A DNA stretch of 64,000 bases from Ignavibacteria bacterium (GCA_016873845.1 VGVX01000005.1:2002-66001); one strand, 5' to 3'; shown: positions 37,375 through 48,150, numbered from the stretch's first letter. A program made the numbers and translations. Notes: generated by a model not told the origin, from the sequence alone.

Positions 37375-38996
37375 AAAAGTATTTATCCACTCTCTTTACA
37401 AACGCATCTAAAAAGCTCTCATACATTGAACCTAAAAAAGTTTATTTTAATGTTCCAAAGATCAAAGAGCATGGCGATTTAGCAACCAATTATCCACTTA
37501 CTATCGCAAAAACTTTGTCCAGGAATCCCCGCGATGTAGCCCAGGAAATTATTTCAAATTTGACTGATCCTCAAGATGCAATTGAAAAAATTGAAATTGC
37601 CGGACCGGGATTTTTAAATTTTAAATTCAAAAAAGAGTTTATCTCCTCTCTTATCAAAGAAATCATCGATCAGAAAAGTGCTTTCGGCAGAAGCAATCTT
37701 CATTCAGGGAAAAAAGCGCAAGTTGAATTTGTTTCAGCAAATCCAACTGGCCCACTGACAGTGGGACATGGTAGAAATGCAGTATTCGGAGACACTATCG
37801 CAAATATCTTAGAATGGGTTGGATTTGATGTTGATCGGGAATATTATTTCAATAATGCTGGCAGGCAAATGCGCGTGCTGGGTGATTCTGTCCGACTTCG
37901 TTATTTATCTTTGTGCGGAGAAAGTGTCGATTTTCCGGAAGATTATTATCAGGGTGAATACATAACTGATATAGCCAAAACAATCTTTGATAAGCTTGGG
38001 AATAATCTTCTTGAATCGAAAGATGAAAATTACTTCAAAGAAATAGCCGAGCGCGAAATATTTAAAGATATAGCAGAAACACTAAACCGACTTAGTATTA
38101 AGTTCGATTCTTACTTTAATGAAAATACCCTTTATGAAGAAAAAAAAATCGATGATGTTCTGCAGAAACTCAAATCCTTGGGTTTCAGTTATGAAAGTGA
38201 AGGAGCAATTTGGCTTTCACTAAAAAATATTGGAATGGAGGCCGACAAAGTAATTGTTAAAAGCTCAGGAGAACCTACATACAGGCTGCCTGATATCGCT
38301 TACCATATTGAGAAATTCAAAAGAAATTACGATTTAATGATAGACATTTTTGGCTCAGATCATATGGCGACTTTTCCCGATGTGCTTGCAGGATTAAAAA
38401 TCTTAGGTTACGATGAGTCAAAAGTTAAAGTGCTGATCCATCAGTTCGTAACAATAATGGAAAAAGGGGAAGTGGTAAAGATGTCGACGCGTAAAGCAAA
38501 CTTTATCACCCTCGATCAACTGATTGATGAAGTTGGCGCTGATGTGGTTCGTTATTTCTTCCTGATGCGTTCAATTTCGAGTCATTTGAATTTTGATCTT
38601 GATCTTGCCAAGAAACATTCTGATGAAAATCCTGTTTTTTATTTGCAATATGCTCACGCCAGGATTTGCGGAATTTTAAGACTTGCCAAAGAAGAAGGGC
38701 ACGATCCAACGGAGGATTTTAAATTACTAATTGAAGAAGAAGAGCTTGAGCTTATCAAACATCTTCAATTGTTTCCTGAAGTTGTTGAGTCATCAGCATC
38801 GAATTTCGAACCGCTGCTGTTGATTACATTTTTACATGATCTTGCGGGATTTTTCCACAAGTTTTATCACAATCACCGTGTGCTTGGACAGCCAAAAAAT
38901 CTCACGGGTGCAAGGTTATCATTGTGCTTATCTTCGCAAATTGTTTTACAAAATGGTTTGAAAATCCTCGGTATTTCTGCCCCTGAGAAGATGTAA
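37371..38996 (+). CDS. argS: Arginine--tRNA ligase.
   Basis: The HIGH-region (SANPTGPLTVGHGRN) and KMSTRK motifs are present. GTG start overlaps the rsfS stop. Confidence 0.9.
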   Translation: MKKYLSTLFTNASKKLSYIEPKKVYFNVPKIKEHGDLATNYPLTIAKTLSRNPRDVAQEIISNLTDPQDAIEKIEIAGPGFLNFKFKKEFISSLIKEIIDQKSAFGRSNLHSGKKAQVEFVSANPTGPLTVGHGRNAVFGDTIANILEWVGFDVDREYYFNNAGRQMRVLGDSVRLRYLSLCGESVDFPEDYYQGEYITDIAKTIFDKLGNNLLESKDENYFKEIAEREIFKDIAETLNRLSIKFDSYFNENTLYEEKKIDDVLQKLKSLGFSYESEGAIWLSLKNIGMEADKVIVKSSGEPTYRLPDIAYHIEKFKRNYDLMIDIFGSDHMATFPDVLAGLKILGYDESKVKVLIHQFVTIMEKGEVVKMSTRKANFITLDQLIDEVGADVVRYFFLMRSISSHLNFDLDLAKKHSDENPVFYLQYAHARICGILRLAKEEGHDPTEDFKLLIEEEELELIKHLQLFPEVVESSASNFEPLLLITFLHDLAGFFHKFYHNHRVLGQPKNLTGARLSLCLSSQIVLQNGLKILGISAPEKM

Positions 38997-39025
38997 TTAT
39001 TCTGATCAACTAATCCGCCACTTAT

Positions 39026-39448
39026 TTACGAAGCAGATTCTTGCGATTTATTTTTACGTAACAAGAAATAGACGAACAACACTCCGCAAATTCCTCCGAT
39101 TAGATCTGCAATGAAATCCGAAAACTCACAAAACCGCCCAGGAATGAAATATTGATGTACCTCGTCGAAGATTCCATAAAGAGTTACTATAAGCAGGCTA
39201 AAATATGAATGACCGTTTTGTTTTAAACCAAATTTTTTCTGGATACGAAGAGAAAAATCAAGCAAGACCGCTAAGAAAAAATATGCAAGAAAATGCTGGG
39301 CCTTATCGCTCATTCCAACTTTTGGAAGTGAAGTAGTAGGAAGCGAAGTCAAAATGACTAATACAATCCAATAAACGCCTAACGTGAAGTAAATAAGTTT
39401 TTTGTGACCGTGAATAAAATTTAATACTGAATTCATATTTTTACACAA
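39026..39448 (-). CDS. VanZ-like family membrane protein.
   Basis: It has four TM helices in a VanZ-like topology. Confidence 0.6.
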   Translation of the reverse strand: MCKNMNSVLNFIHGHKKLIYFTLGVYWIVLVILTSLPTTSLPKVGMSDKAQHFLAYFFLAVLLDFSLRIQKKFGLKQNGHSYFSLLIVTLYGIFDEVHQYFIPGRFCEFSDFIADLIGGICGVLFVYFLLRKNKSQESAS

Positions 39449-40171
39449 TTATGCAATGGCTGAGGTGATTATTGAAACGGATGCCGCACCATTTTCAAAT
39501 AAAATTTTTAAGCATTCCTGCGAAGTTGAACCGGTGGTACAAACATCATCCACAATTGCTATGTTTTTGTTTTTTATTTCAGAGTGGTTGATAATCACAA
39601 ATGCTCCCTCCATATTTCTCTGCCTCTCTTCTTTTGACAAGAGGGTTTGAGTTTTAGTATTTCTGACTCTTTTTAGGATCTTTGTATCAATCGGCTTTTG
39701 TGTGAACTCATTTATTCCTCTGCAAATCATAAAGGATTGATTATATCCTCTTTCGATTTTCTTAATGTAGTGTAATGGGACAGGGATGAGGAAGTCGACT
39801 TTCTCAAACCAATCTAACTTAGATAAATCTTTTCCAATTTCATTTCCGATTTGGATACCGATTTTCGAAATCCCATTATATTTCAGCGAATGCACTAATC
39901 TCTGGAAGTTACCTTCTCTCGTGAATAAATATTTCGAGTAGAAGTTTATGACGATATCTGAAGCAGTAAAGTGCTCAGAATAAAAATTATCCAAATCAGT
40001 TTGATCGGCTTTTGTTAATTTTGAGATGCAGTCTTCACAAATTACAAATCTTGAGCGAGTCAGTTTTCTATCGCAGAGATGGCATAGATTGGGAAATAGA
40101 AAATCAACGCAGTCAATTAAAAAGTTTTTTACTGGGTTTAAAGTAAACCCAATCTTTTCCTGATAAACCAT
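39449..40171 (-). CDS. ComF family protein (double zinc ribbon plus phosphoribosyltransferase domain).
   Basis: Motifs CxxC...CxxC, HYIKKIERGYNQS and the PRTase motif IAIVDDVCTTGST are present. The start is taken at the internal Met (MVYQEK). Either start overlaps the upstream vWA gene. Confidence 0.7.
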   Translation of the reverse strand: MVYQEKIGFTLNPVKNFLIDCVDFLFPNLCHLCDRKLTRSRFVICEDCISKLTKADQTDLDNFYSEHFTASDIVINFYSKYLFTREGNFQRLVHSLKYNGISKIGIQIGNEIGKDLSKLDWFEKVDFLIPVPLHYIKKIERGYNQSFMICRGINEFTQKPIDTKILKRVRNTKTQTLLSKEERQRNMEGAFVIINHSEIKNKNIAIVDDVCTTGSTSQECLKILFENGAASVSIITSAIA

Positions 40172-42309
40172 TCTGCTGCCAATAGAAAAATTACTCCGAT
40201 TAAAAGATAAAATGAATTCCAAAACTGAATGGAATCATGTACTTCGTTTTCAACAATTCGTTGACTTAGAAATGAATTAATATCCGAGAAGAGTTTATCC
40301 GATGCTTCTGCAGAAAAATATTTTCCACCAGAAATCTCTGCAATTTGTTTCAGCAGCCCTTCATTCATAGTGAGATTTTGATATTCAAGTTCAGTTTCTG
40401 AGACAGAGAACTTTCCATCATCTGAATATTTTTGTCCTCCGTAGTCTGTTGAAACTTTGAGAGAATAATCCCCCTCAGTCAGATCAGATAAAGCAAATTG
40501 ATATAACCCGCTGCCGATCGGCTCAAGAATTGCGTTAATAATTGGTTGATTCTCCTTGGAGATATCCAGCGAAATGTTTGCATTCGAAACTGCTTGATTG
40601 CTTTCATCATAAAACTGTCCCGATACAATTACACGTTCGGACGAGTCAAATATTTTTTTCGAGAGATTTAATTTTAAGTTTTTGGAGATCTCTGGCGAAC
40701 TAAGCCATTTTATGGAGTTATTAATAAAATTATCAAAATATTCATTCTCGCTTGTTTTTAATGCGTTGAGCAATTTCAACCTCCATATACCAAAACCAAT
40801 GAAAGCGATTGAACGATGACGATTTATTTTCCTTGAGAGAATTAAGGGTTGATTGACCCGATTATTTTGAATTTTGAAATATGAAAGAATTTCAGATTCA
40901 GGTTTGCTGCGGAAATCTCTATCGACACGAAAGATTGGGGGAAACGTATTCCAAATGTTAAAAGAATTTGATTCATCAATGTTCAAAATTTCATTCTTTG
41001 CTAAACCTTCTCTTATGTCAATAAAAATTTGCGACACATCTCCATACGGATTTCCCCACTCGAAAGGAAGATAATCGTTGAAAAATTGCAAGCGTGAAAA
41101 GTCACTTTCGTTAGATATTAAAGTAAATAAGGGAAGATTTTTTCTTTGAATAATTGATTTTAGTTCATCAAGAAAGTTTTGTGAGGAATTTATTCCCGGG
41201 AATCCAACAAAGAATATAACGTCAGCTGAATCAAGAAAACTTTTATTAGTGCTATTCGGAAGAAATCCATGGCCAAGATTTTCGACAAGAGTTTTCACGT
41301 TGTAATCGTTTTTGGAAGTCAGACTCTGCTTGATAAAACTTAAATCAACAGATGCGCCAGATGCCACTAAAAGCACTTTTATTTTATTGCTTAAGACATT
41401 CACATATTTGGAAAGTGAGTTGTTCTTTGCAGTAACTTCATCAGTAAGTGCTTTAACATTAACTGTTAAACGCTTTTCACTATCTGACTTTGGAGTGTAA
41501 TCAAATTCTATTTCATTGAAATTTCCAATTAGCTTAATTTTTTTCGCATCAATTTGATTCCCATCTTCTAATAAGAATACTTCAATTTCTCTCGCATCAT
41601 AACCATTATTAACAATACTTATTTTTATAGGGGAATTATTGTCAACATATAGATTGTCATTTGTGATGATATCTTTTACAATCAGATCTTTTTGTTTATT
41701 CGGATTACCGACTCCAATAGTGAAAATCGGTACATTTAACTTTTCAGCGATATGAATTGGCTTATCACCTTTGTTGTAAATTCCATCAGTGATTAGAATT
41801 ACATTCTGAAGGTTCTTTTCATCTTTTAATTTATTAAGAAGTTCTAAGGTTGAAGAGATATCTGTACTGGCTCCTGTAAATAGTAAATCATCTACAGGAG
41901 AAATTTGTGAATCTGAGATAGTTTCTGCAAAATGATAGAACTGATATTCAGCTTGATCGGAGCCGGAAACATTTTTCAAGTTATCAATAGCACGATTTAA
42001 AGAGTTTTGATCGTGCAGCATACTTTTACTGTTATCTATTAAAAAAATTGAAGTCGATTTCTTCTCCAGCACTGATGAAATATTAAAAGTTAATTCTGCT
42101 ATTGCTAAAAGAATTCCAAATATCGCTAAGCCGCGCAGAACAGCAAGAAAGATTCTCCAATTAGATTCAATAGATGGAATTGTTCTTCGGTAATAAAAAT
42201 AAACCGAAACTAATATCACTGCACAAAGCAGTATGAGAATGGAAGCTGACAGCCCAAAGGAGATCGAAATTCTCATTGGAGTAAGAAAAAGAGATTCAGT
42301 AAAAGTCAT
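40138..42309 (-). CDS. Membrane protein with an N-terminal double-TM anchor, a von Willebrand factor A (vWA) domain, and a C-terminal TM helix (BatA-like).
   Basis: The N-terminal TM pair is followed by the vWA DxSxS-like motif (IFLIDNSKSM) and by a C-terminal hydrophobic helix. Confidence 0.6.
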   Translation of the reverse strand: MTFTESLFLTPMRISISFGLSASILILLCAVILVSVYFYYRRTIPSIESNWRIFLAVLRGLAIFGILLAIAELTFNISSVLEKKSTSIFLIDNSKSMLHDQNSLNRAIDNLKNVSGSDQAEYQFYHFAETISDSQISPVDDLLFTGASTDISSTLELLNKLKDEKNLQNVILITDGIYNKGDKPIHIAEKLNVPIFTIGVGNPNKQKDLIVKDIITNDNLYVDNNSPIKISIVNNGYDAREIEVFLLEDGNQIDAKKIKLIGNFNEIEFDYTPKSDSEKRLTVNVKALTDEVTAKNNSLSKYVNVLSNKIKVLLVASGASVDLSFIKQSLTSKNDYNVKTLVENLGHGFLPNSTNKSFLDSADVIFFVGFPGINSSQNFLDELKSIIQRKNLPLFTLISNESDFSRLQFFNDYLPFEWGNPYGDVSQIFIDIREGLAKNEILNIDESNSFNIWNTFPPIFRVDRDFRSKPESEILSYFKIQNNRVNQPLILSRKINRHRSIAFIGFGIWRLKLLNALKTSENEYFDNFINNSIKWLSSPEISKNLKLNLSKKIFDSSERVIVSGQFYDESNQAVSNANISLDISKENQPIINAILEPIGSGLYQFALSDLTEGDYSLKVSTDYGGQKYSDDGKFSVSETELEYQNLTMNEGLLKQIAEISGGKYFSAEASDKLFSDINSFLSQRIVENEVHDSIQFWNSFYLLIGVIFLLAAEWFIRKRLGLL

Positions 42310-43079
42310 TTACCGTTGAGATTCCACTTTTTTAGATGCGGAAGAAAATCGTATGCGGTTAGGTCATATTGAATTGGAGTAACCGAAACAAAATTTTCGT
42401 GAGTTGCAATTACATCTGAATCGATTTCTATATCGAGTTTTTTGAGAGAGCCAGTCAGCCAAAAATATTCACGCTGGTTTGGATCGATCCGCCGTTCGTA
42501 AATATCGTTCCACTTCGATCTACCTTGCCGAGTCACTGTGATACCTCGAATTTCACTTTCAGGCACAGCGGGAATATTTACATTTAATAAAACGCCGGGC
42601 GGAAGCCCTTTTTCTAAAACTTCTTTTGAAATTTGTTTTGCAACTTTTTGTGCATAAGAAAAATCTTCAGGTTCAAAAGTGGTCATACTGAAAGCAATCG
42701 ATGGAATATCTAAAATTCTTCCCTCGGTTGCAGCAGAAACCGTTCCGCTGTAAAGAACGTTTATTGCAATGTTCGCCCCATGGTTAATTCCTGAAACTAC
42801 TAAGTCAGGCGGGTCATCCATCATAGATGAAATTGCGAGTTTGACACAGTCTGCGGGTGTTCCGGTAACAGCGTATCCAAACAATTCATCGTTTACAAAA
42901 TGCGGTTCGATTCGTAACGGAGTTTGAACTGTGATTGCATGTCCAACGGCACTTTGCTGTTTGTGCGGGGCATAAACAACTACTTCACCTAATTCAAGCA
43001 TAGCATTTCGTAATGCAACGATTCCCTTTGACGATATTCCATCATCGTTTGAAACAAGTATCTTATATTTTTTCTTCAT
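42306..43079 (-). CDS. surE: 5'/3'-nucleotidase SurE.
   Basis: The ILVSNDDGI motif is present. The stop overlaps the vWA gene start by 4 nt. Confidence 0.85.
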   Translation of the reverse strand: MKKKYKILVSNDDGISSKGIVALRNAMLELGEVVVYAPHKQQSAVGHAITVQTPLRIEPHFVNDELFGYAVTGTPADCVKLAISSMMDDPPDLVVSGINHGANIAINVLYSGTVSAATEGRILDIPSIAFSMTTFEPEDFSYAQKVAKQISKEVLEKGLPPGVLLNVNIPAVPESEIRGITVTRQGRSKWNDIYERRIDPNQREYFWLTGSLKKLDIEIDSDVIATHENFVSVTPIQYDLTAYDFLPHLKKWNLNGK

Positions 43080-43165
43080 GAAACAAATTTAGAGATAATA
43101 TCATTTTGGTTCAAACGTTAAGATATTATGTTCAACTAATTAAACATATCAATTGCACTCGGTAG

Positions 43166-43855
43166 TCAGATATTTTTAACAAACCAATTATGCAGCGGCA
43201 GCATGTCCTTAAAAATCTTAAAAGTAAAACTTACGGGATTACTTTTTAATAATTTGGAATGATCATCTTCATAATATAAATACAAACCGCTGTGTAAAAG
43301 GTATTTTGATCGAGGTAGGTTATCTGGATAACCTTTTGGAATTTTTTTGTATGATTCTCCGCCCAGCTTAAATTTTTTATTTTTTGTCAGCTTAGTAACA
43401 ATTGTGTGAAGTTCTTTGCCTTTTCTTTGGTCAGCAACTGCATCGCGAAACTTTTTCAAATCTTCTTTTGATAACATATACATTCCGACCCCAATGAAGA
43501 AGAGCTTTGGTTCAATGTGGAAGTAAAATCCGGAGCTGTCCATTTTCTTTCGCGTGCCTTCCCAAAAATAGATCCCGAGATTTGTCTTGTAAGGAGCTTT
43601 GTCTTTGCTGAACCGAACGTCTCTGTGAATTCGAAAGATTGATTGATCAATTTTTGGAATTGCATTTATTTGTGGGGCTATATCCTGCAATTTCGAGCCC
43701 ATTTCCAGAACAAATTTCTGTGCAGGTTCAAGAAAATGCATCTCAAATTCTTGTCGATGACTTTCGAACCATTCGCGGTTGTTGTTTCGAGAAAGTCTTG
43801 TTAAAAAATCTATTGTTACTTGTGGAAAATCGTTTGCTGTATTTTTTGTTTTCAT
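43166..43855 (-). CDS. DUF2461 / TIGR02453-family protein.
   Basis: The family signatures TIDFLTRLSRNNNREWFESHR and HRDVRFSKDK.PYK are present. Confidence 0.7.
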   Translation of the reverse strand: MKTKNTANDFPQVTIDFLTRLSRNNNREWFESHRQEFEMHFLEPAQKFVLEMGSKLQDIAPQINAIPKIDQSIFRIHRDVRFSKDKAPYKTNLGIYFWEGTRKKMDSSGFYFHIEPKLFFIGVGMYMLSKEDLKKFRDAVADQRKGKELHTIVTKLTKNKKFKLGGESYKKIPKGYPDNLPRSKYLLHSGLYLYYEDDHSKLLKSNPVSFTFKIFKDMLPLHNWFVKNI

Positions 43856-43920
43856 TTTTTTGTCTATTTTTTTTCAGTGTTATCTATATTCAATTTGTAA
43901 TGTATCAGAAATTACTCTGC

Positions 43921-45903
43921 TTAAATTATTTCCGTGTTTGAAAGAATTTCAAATGCTTTATCGATTGCATTGTGAGTTCCGAAAATAATTAGCTGATCAT
44001 TTTTCTCGATCCTGAAATCACCGTGAGGATTATGGATCGTTTCTTCTTTCCTTATCGCACTTATCACTGTTGCTCCTGTAAGTGCTTTTAAATTAATCTC
44101 CTTTAATGATTTTCCAATATTAACATTTTTATTCGAGATGATGATCGTATCGACTGTCCCTTGTGCAAGGATTTGACTGATTTGTTCAAACGCTAAATCT
44201 GTAAATCGAACGTCTCGTAGAATTCCATATGATTGATTTCGAATAACATTTGTTTGAGCAAGAATCACGCTGTTCGGAATGTGAAATTTCTTCAGTACAC
44301 GCGAAAAGATTTGAATGGAAGTTTCGTACTCTTCGGGAATGACTTCATCGGCACCAAGTTTTATAAGTTCATCGATTTCACTAACGTAACGAGTTCGGAC
44401 AATAATATGGATCTTTGGATTCAAATCTCTCACATTTCTCACCGCCAATCTAACCGAGACAGGGTCCGAAATAGCAAAGACAATAATCTTTGCATAGTTG
44501 ATGCCAGCTTTTTCAAGCAAGTCTTTCTTTGTAGCATCGCCGAAAATAATTTTCTCTTCCGAACTTTTAGCCGCCTTCACAGATTTTGGATTCAATTCGA
44601 CGACAATATATTTGATTCCCGTTTCTTTCAAAACTCTTGCAAGGTTTCGTCCGTTTAATCCATAACCGACAATTATCACGTGGTCTCTCAATTTCTCTTT
44701 CATCATTTCCAAACTATCAAGAGTATCCCGAGATGGAATTAAATCAGGTACCTTTTTTGTGATATGAGGTGTGAAATGAAATAAAATAGGCGAGACGAGA
44801 AGTGTAATTACAGATGCGGCAATAAATCCTTTATAAATTTCGGTAGGAAGGAGATTATAGTCCACTCCAACCATAGCGAGTACGAATGAAAATTCACCGA
44901 TTTGTGCAAGTCCGAAGCCCACAATCATTGCGAGCCGCATTGGATATTTTAAACCGTGAATAATCAAAATTAAAACCGAAGCTTTTAATATTATTATCAA
45001 CACAGTGTAGGATAAAACAATTCCTGGATTAGTTAGAAAAAAATTAATATCGAGCAGCATTCCGAATGAAATAAAAAAGAGAGAAGCAAAAATATCTTTG
45101 AATGGAATCACATCGCTAACGATTTGATGAGTATAATCTGTTTCCGAGATAATCAAACCGGCAATAAATGCACCAATTGCAAAAGAAAGCCCAACCAAAT
45201 GAGTCAACCAAGCAGTTCCAAGACTCAAAACTATTACACCGATAATTGACACATCTCGCATTCTAAGATTTACAAGATTGTAAAGAATATACGGCATTAG
45301 AAATCGGGCAAAGAAAAAAATCAAAATGATAAATCCAAATGCGCTTGCCAATCGGATTAACGCACCTGAGATAGAAATAGATTCTGATAATCCAAGAATC
45401 GGAATCAAAACCATCATCGGGACAACCATTAAGTCTTGAAAAACAATTATTCCGATAGACAATTTGCCGTGTGGCGAATCGGTTTCGTTTCTCTGTTGAA
45501 GTAATTTTAAGATTACGGCCGAACTGCTGTGTGAAAGCAAAAATCCAATAAGAAGAGATTGTTGAATACTCAAACCAAATAAAAAAGATACACCTGTGCC
45601 GATTAAAATCGTTAGAAGAACCTGTGACCCACCGGTTAATAAAATTTCCTTAAAGATTTTTTTGAAACGAGAAAACGAGACTTCAACACCGATTGTAAAA
45701 AGTAAAAGTGCGACTCCTATTTCCGCTAATCTATTTATTCCATCGATTTGGCTTACAAAGGATAATCCGAAAGGACCGATTATAATTCCTGTTATTATAA
45801 ATCCAACTATCGATGGTAGATTGATTTTATTGAAAATATAGATAACAGGAATTGAAACCGCCAAAACGATTAGCAAATCTCGAAGTAATGTAAATTCAAC
45901 CAT
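43921..45903 (-). CDS. Monovalent cation:proton antiporter (CPA2, KefB-like) with two C-terminal RCK/TrkA domains.
   Basis: It has about 12 TM helices and TrkA-N (IIVGYGLNG) and TrkA-C regions. The start is taken at MVEFTLLRD (45903). The 100-aa upstream extension in the track ORF is rejected. Confidence 0.75.
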   Translation of the reverse strand: MVEFTLLRDLLIVLAVSIPVIYIFNKINLPSIVGFIITGIIIGPFGLSFVSQIDGINRLAEIGVALLLFTIGVEVSFSRFKKIFKEILLTGGSQVLLTILIGTGVSFLFGLSIQQSLLIGFLLSHSSSAVILKLLQQRNETDSPHGKLSIGIIVFQDLMVVPMMVLIPILGLSESISISGALIRLASAFGFIILIFFFARFLMPYILYNLVNLRMRDVSIIGVIVLSLGTAWLTHLVGLSFAIGAFIAGLIISETDYTHQIVSDVIPFKDIFASLFFISFGMLLDINFFLTNPGIVLSYTVLIIILKASVLILIIHGLKYPMRLAMIVGFGLAQIGEFSFVLAMVGVDYNLLPTEIYKGFIAASVITLLVSPILFHFTPHITKKVPDLIPSRDTLDSLEMMKEKLRDHVIIVGYGLNGRNLARVLKETGIKYIVVELNPKSVKAAKSSEEKIIFGDATKKDLLEKAGINYAKIIVFAISDPVSVRLAVRNVRDLNPKIHIIVRTRYVSEIDELIKLGADEVIPEEYETSIQIFSRVLKKFHIPNSVILAQTNVIRNQSYGILRDVRFTDLAFEQISQILAQGTVDTIIISNKNVNIGKSLKEINLKALTGATVISAIRKEETIHNPHGDFRIEKNDQLIIFGTHNAIDKAFEILSNTEII

Positions 45904-45964
45904 AGAACTTTTTTTAAGAATTATTATATTATATTTATTTAATGATAACCAAATAGAGGAAAAA

Positions 45965-48103
45965 ATGAAAATTGTATCAAAACTAAATCGACCATTACTT
46001 GTTTTTTTTATTTTTACACATATGCTCTTTGCCCAGGGGAAAAGAGTTTTTACCCCGTTAGATAGTAACTTCCGCGAGGTAATAAATATCCACCAGGGTA
46101 AACATCTAACGAGGCTTACCGCTGAAGATTTGTGGAATATGAAAAGATTATCTTCTCTTACAATCTCACCCGACGGGAAATTCGGATGTTTTGTTGTAAC
46201 TGAATATAACATTAAAGATAATAAGGGAAACAGCGATCTTTGGCTGATAGATCTTAAAACGTATCAGACGAAGAAACTTACGACTAATCTTGGTTCTGAC
46301 GGTTCTCCAACTTGGCATCCGAATAGTAAAAGCATTGCATTCATTTCGAAAAGGGAAGGGGATTATTCTCAGCTTTACACTATACCGATTGACGGAGGTG
46401 AAGCATCGCTACTTGCAGAAATGCCAATGGGAATATCTTCTCCAAAATATTTCCAAGATGGAAAGAAAATTGCATTCGTTTCTCAAATTCTACCGGAACA
46501 TGAAAACGATTTTTCCCAATGGGATGCATTCGCAAATGCAATGAAAAAAGCAATCAAAGAAAAAAAAGAAAATAAGATGACAGCCAAAGTAACGGAGAAT
46601 CGATTTTATCGATATTGGGATGGCTGGCTAACAGATGGATATGTATCGCGAATTTTTGTTTATGACATCGAGAAAAAGGAAAAAGTGGACGTAACTAAAG
46701 GTTCTACAAGAATTTTCAATTTTGATGGTGGAATTACTTATTCAATTTCTCCCGATGGGAAATGGATCAGTTATTCAGCCAATAACACTCAACTCCCTTA
46801 TGACGAACTCAATTCAGATGTCTTTCTAATCGGGTTGGACGGTTCCTCTTCAGAGATCAATATAACTTCAAAGAATCCGCAGGAAGATGGCTCTCCAGTT
46901 TTTTCAAACGACAGCAAATTTTTATTCTATGGAATGCAAAACGATCCGGATTACTCCGCGGATAATGTGAAACTCGTTAAATATGATATTACAAATCGGA
47001 CTGAAAAAGTGCTGACGACTAATTATGATTATTCTTTTGGCGACTTTAAAGAGAGCAAGGACGGATCATCTATGTTTATGCTGTCAGATGTTCATGCTCG
47101 TTCTGCAATATTTAGTTTAGATTTAAAATCAAATAAACTCGATAAACTTTATAACGAAGGGGGAATCATCTCACTTAATCATGCAAATGAAAAATTGTAT
47201 TTTCTCAAAAACAATTTAGCATCGCCTACAGATATTTTTGAATTTGATTTGAAAACTAAGAAGCTAAAACAAATTAGCGACTTTAATAGAACATTATTGG
47301 ATCAGATCGAATTTGGCAAGTATGAAAATCTTTATTTTGAAGGGGCTGATAATCAAGAAGTCCAAATGTTTCTGCTTTATCCTCCGAATTTTGATGCGAG
47401 TAAAAAATACCCATTAGTTCATTTGATTCATGGAGGTCCACACGGAACATTCGGAGATGATTTTCACCCGCGCTGGAATGCACAGCTTTTTGCTTCGCCT
47501 GGTTATGTAGTTGCAATGGTGAACTTTCACGGATCAACAAGCTTTGGAAATAAATTTGGTAAATCGATTGTTGGTGCACACGGAGACAAACCTTTTACAG
47601 ACATAATGAAAGCAACAGATTATTTAATAAAAAAATATTCGTTCATAGATGGTTCAAAGCTTGGAGCTGCAGGAGGAAGCTATGGCGGCTATCTTGTTAA
47701 TTGGATTGCAGGACATACAGATCGTTTTAATGCTTTGATCAGCCACGCAGGAGTTTATAATCTGATGGGGCAATTTGCTTCAGACCTGACTCATGAGCGA
47801 GTAAAAAATTATGACGGTGCACCTTGGGAAGGGAAATATGAAAATATTAATCGATACAGTCCGGCTCATTTTGCGCATAATTTCAAAACTCCGATGCTCG
47901 TAATTCACGGCGAGAAAGATTATCGGGTTGTTATTACTCAAGGATTGGAAATTTACGGCGTGCTCAAAGGAAAGGGTGTGGATGCACGCTTAATTTATTA
48001 TCCAAATGAAAATCACTGGATATTAACACCGCAAAATTCCATTTACTGGTACAAAGAAGTACACGATTGGTTTGCGAGATACTTATTAGAAAAGGAGGAG
48101 TAA
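45965..48103 (+). CDS. S9-family serine peptidase (prolyl oligopeptidase / acylaminoacyl-peptidase type) with an N-terminal beta-propeller.
   Basis: A signal peptide, a TolB-like propeller, and the catalytic GGSYGG motif with His are present. Confidence 0.8.
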   Translation: MKIVSKLNRPLLVFFIFTHMLFAQGKRVFTPLDSNFREVINIHQGKHLTRLTAEDLWNMKRLSSLTISPDGKFGCFVVTEYNIKDNKGNSDLWLIDLKTYQTKKLTTNLGSDGSPTWHPNSKSIAFISKREGDYSQLYTIPIDGGEASLLAEMPMGISSPKYFQDGKKIAFVSQILPEHENDFSQWDAFANAMKKAIKEKKENKMTAKVTENRFYRYWDGWLTDGYVSRIFVYDIEKKEKVDVTKGSTRIFNFDGGITYSISPDGKWISYSANNTQLPYDELNSDVFLIGLDGSSSEINITSKNPQEDGSPVFSNDSKFLFYGMQNDPDYSADNVKLVKYDITNRTEKVLTTNYDYSFGDFKESKDGSSMFMLSDVHARSAIFSLDLKSNKLDKLYNEGGIISLNHANEKLYFLKNNLASPTDIFEFDLKTKKLKQISDFNRTLLDQIEFGKYENLYFEGADNQEVQMFLLYPPNFDASKKYPLVHLIHGGPHGTFGDDFHPRWNAQLFASPGYVVAMVNFHGSTSFGNKFGKSIVGAHGDKPFTDIMKATDYLIKKYSFIDGSKLGAAGGSYGGYLVNWIAGHTDRFNALISHAGVYNLMGQFASDLTHERVKNYDGAPWEGKYENINRYSPAHFAHNFKTPMLVIHGEKDYRVVITQGLEIYGVLKGKGVDARLIYYPNENHWILTPQNSIYWYKEVHDWFARYLLEKEE

Positions 48104-48106
48104 TAA

Positions 48107-48150
48107 TTTTAGATTTTAGATTTTAGATTTTTGATTTTAGATTGCAGATT
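48107..48150. repeat. Short tandem repeat of about five copies of the 8-mer TTTAGATT.
   Basis: Read directly as tttagattttagattttagatttttgattttagattgcagattg, just after the peptidase stop codon. Confidence 0.7.

Noticed and set aside
43921-46212. Track ORF giving KefB a 100-aa N-terminal extension (MLYSVTTKHPNF…).
   Set aside because: The extension is not transporter-like. It would begin beyond the divergent S9 peptidase start at 45965 and overlap that gene's promoter region. The conserved protein begins at MVEFTLLRD (45903).
48107-48150. Possible CRISPR array, because of the tandem repeats.
   Set aside because: The repeat unit is only 8 nt. There are no spacers and no cas genes. It is a simple microsatellite.
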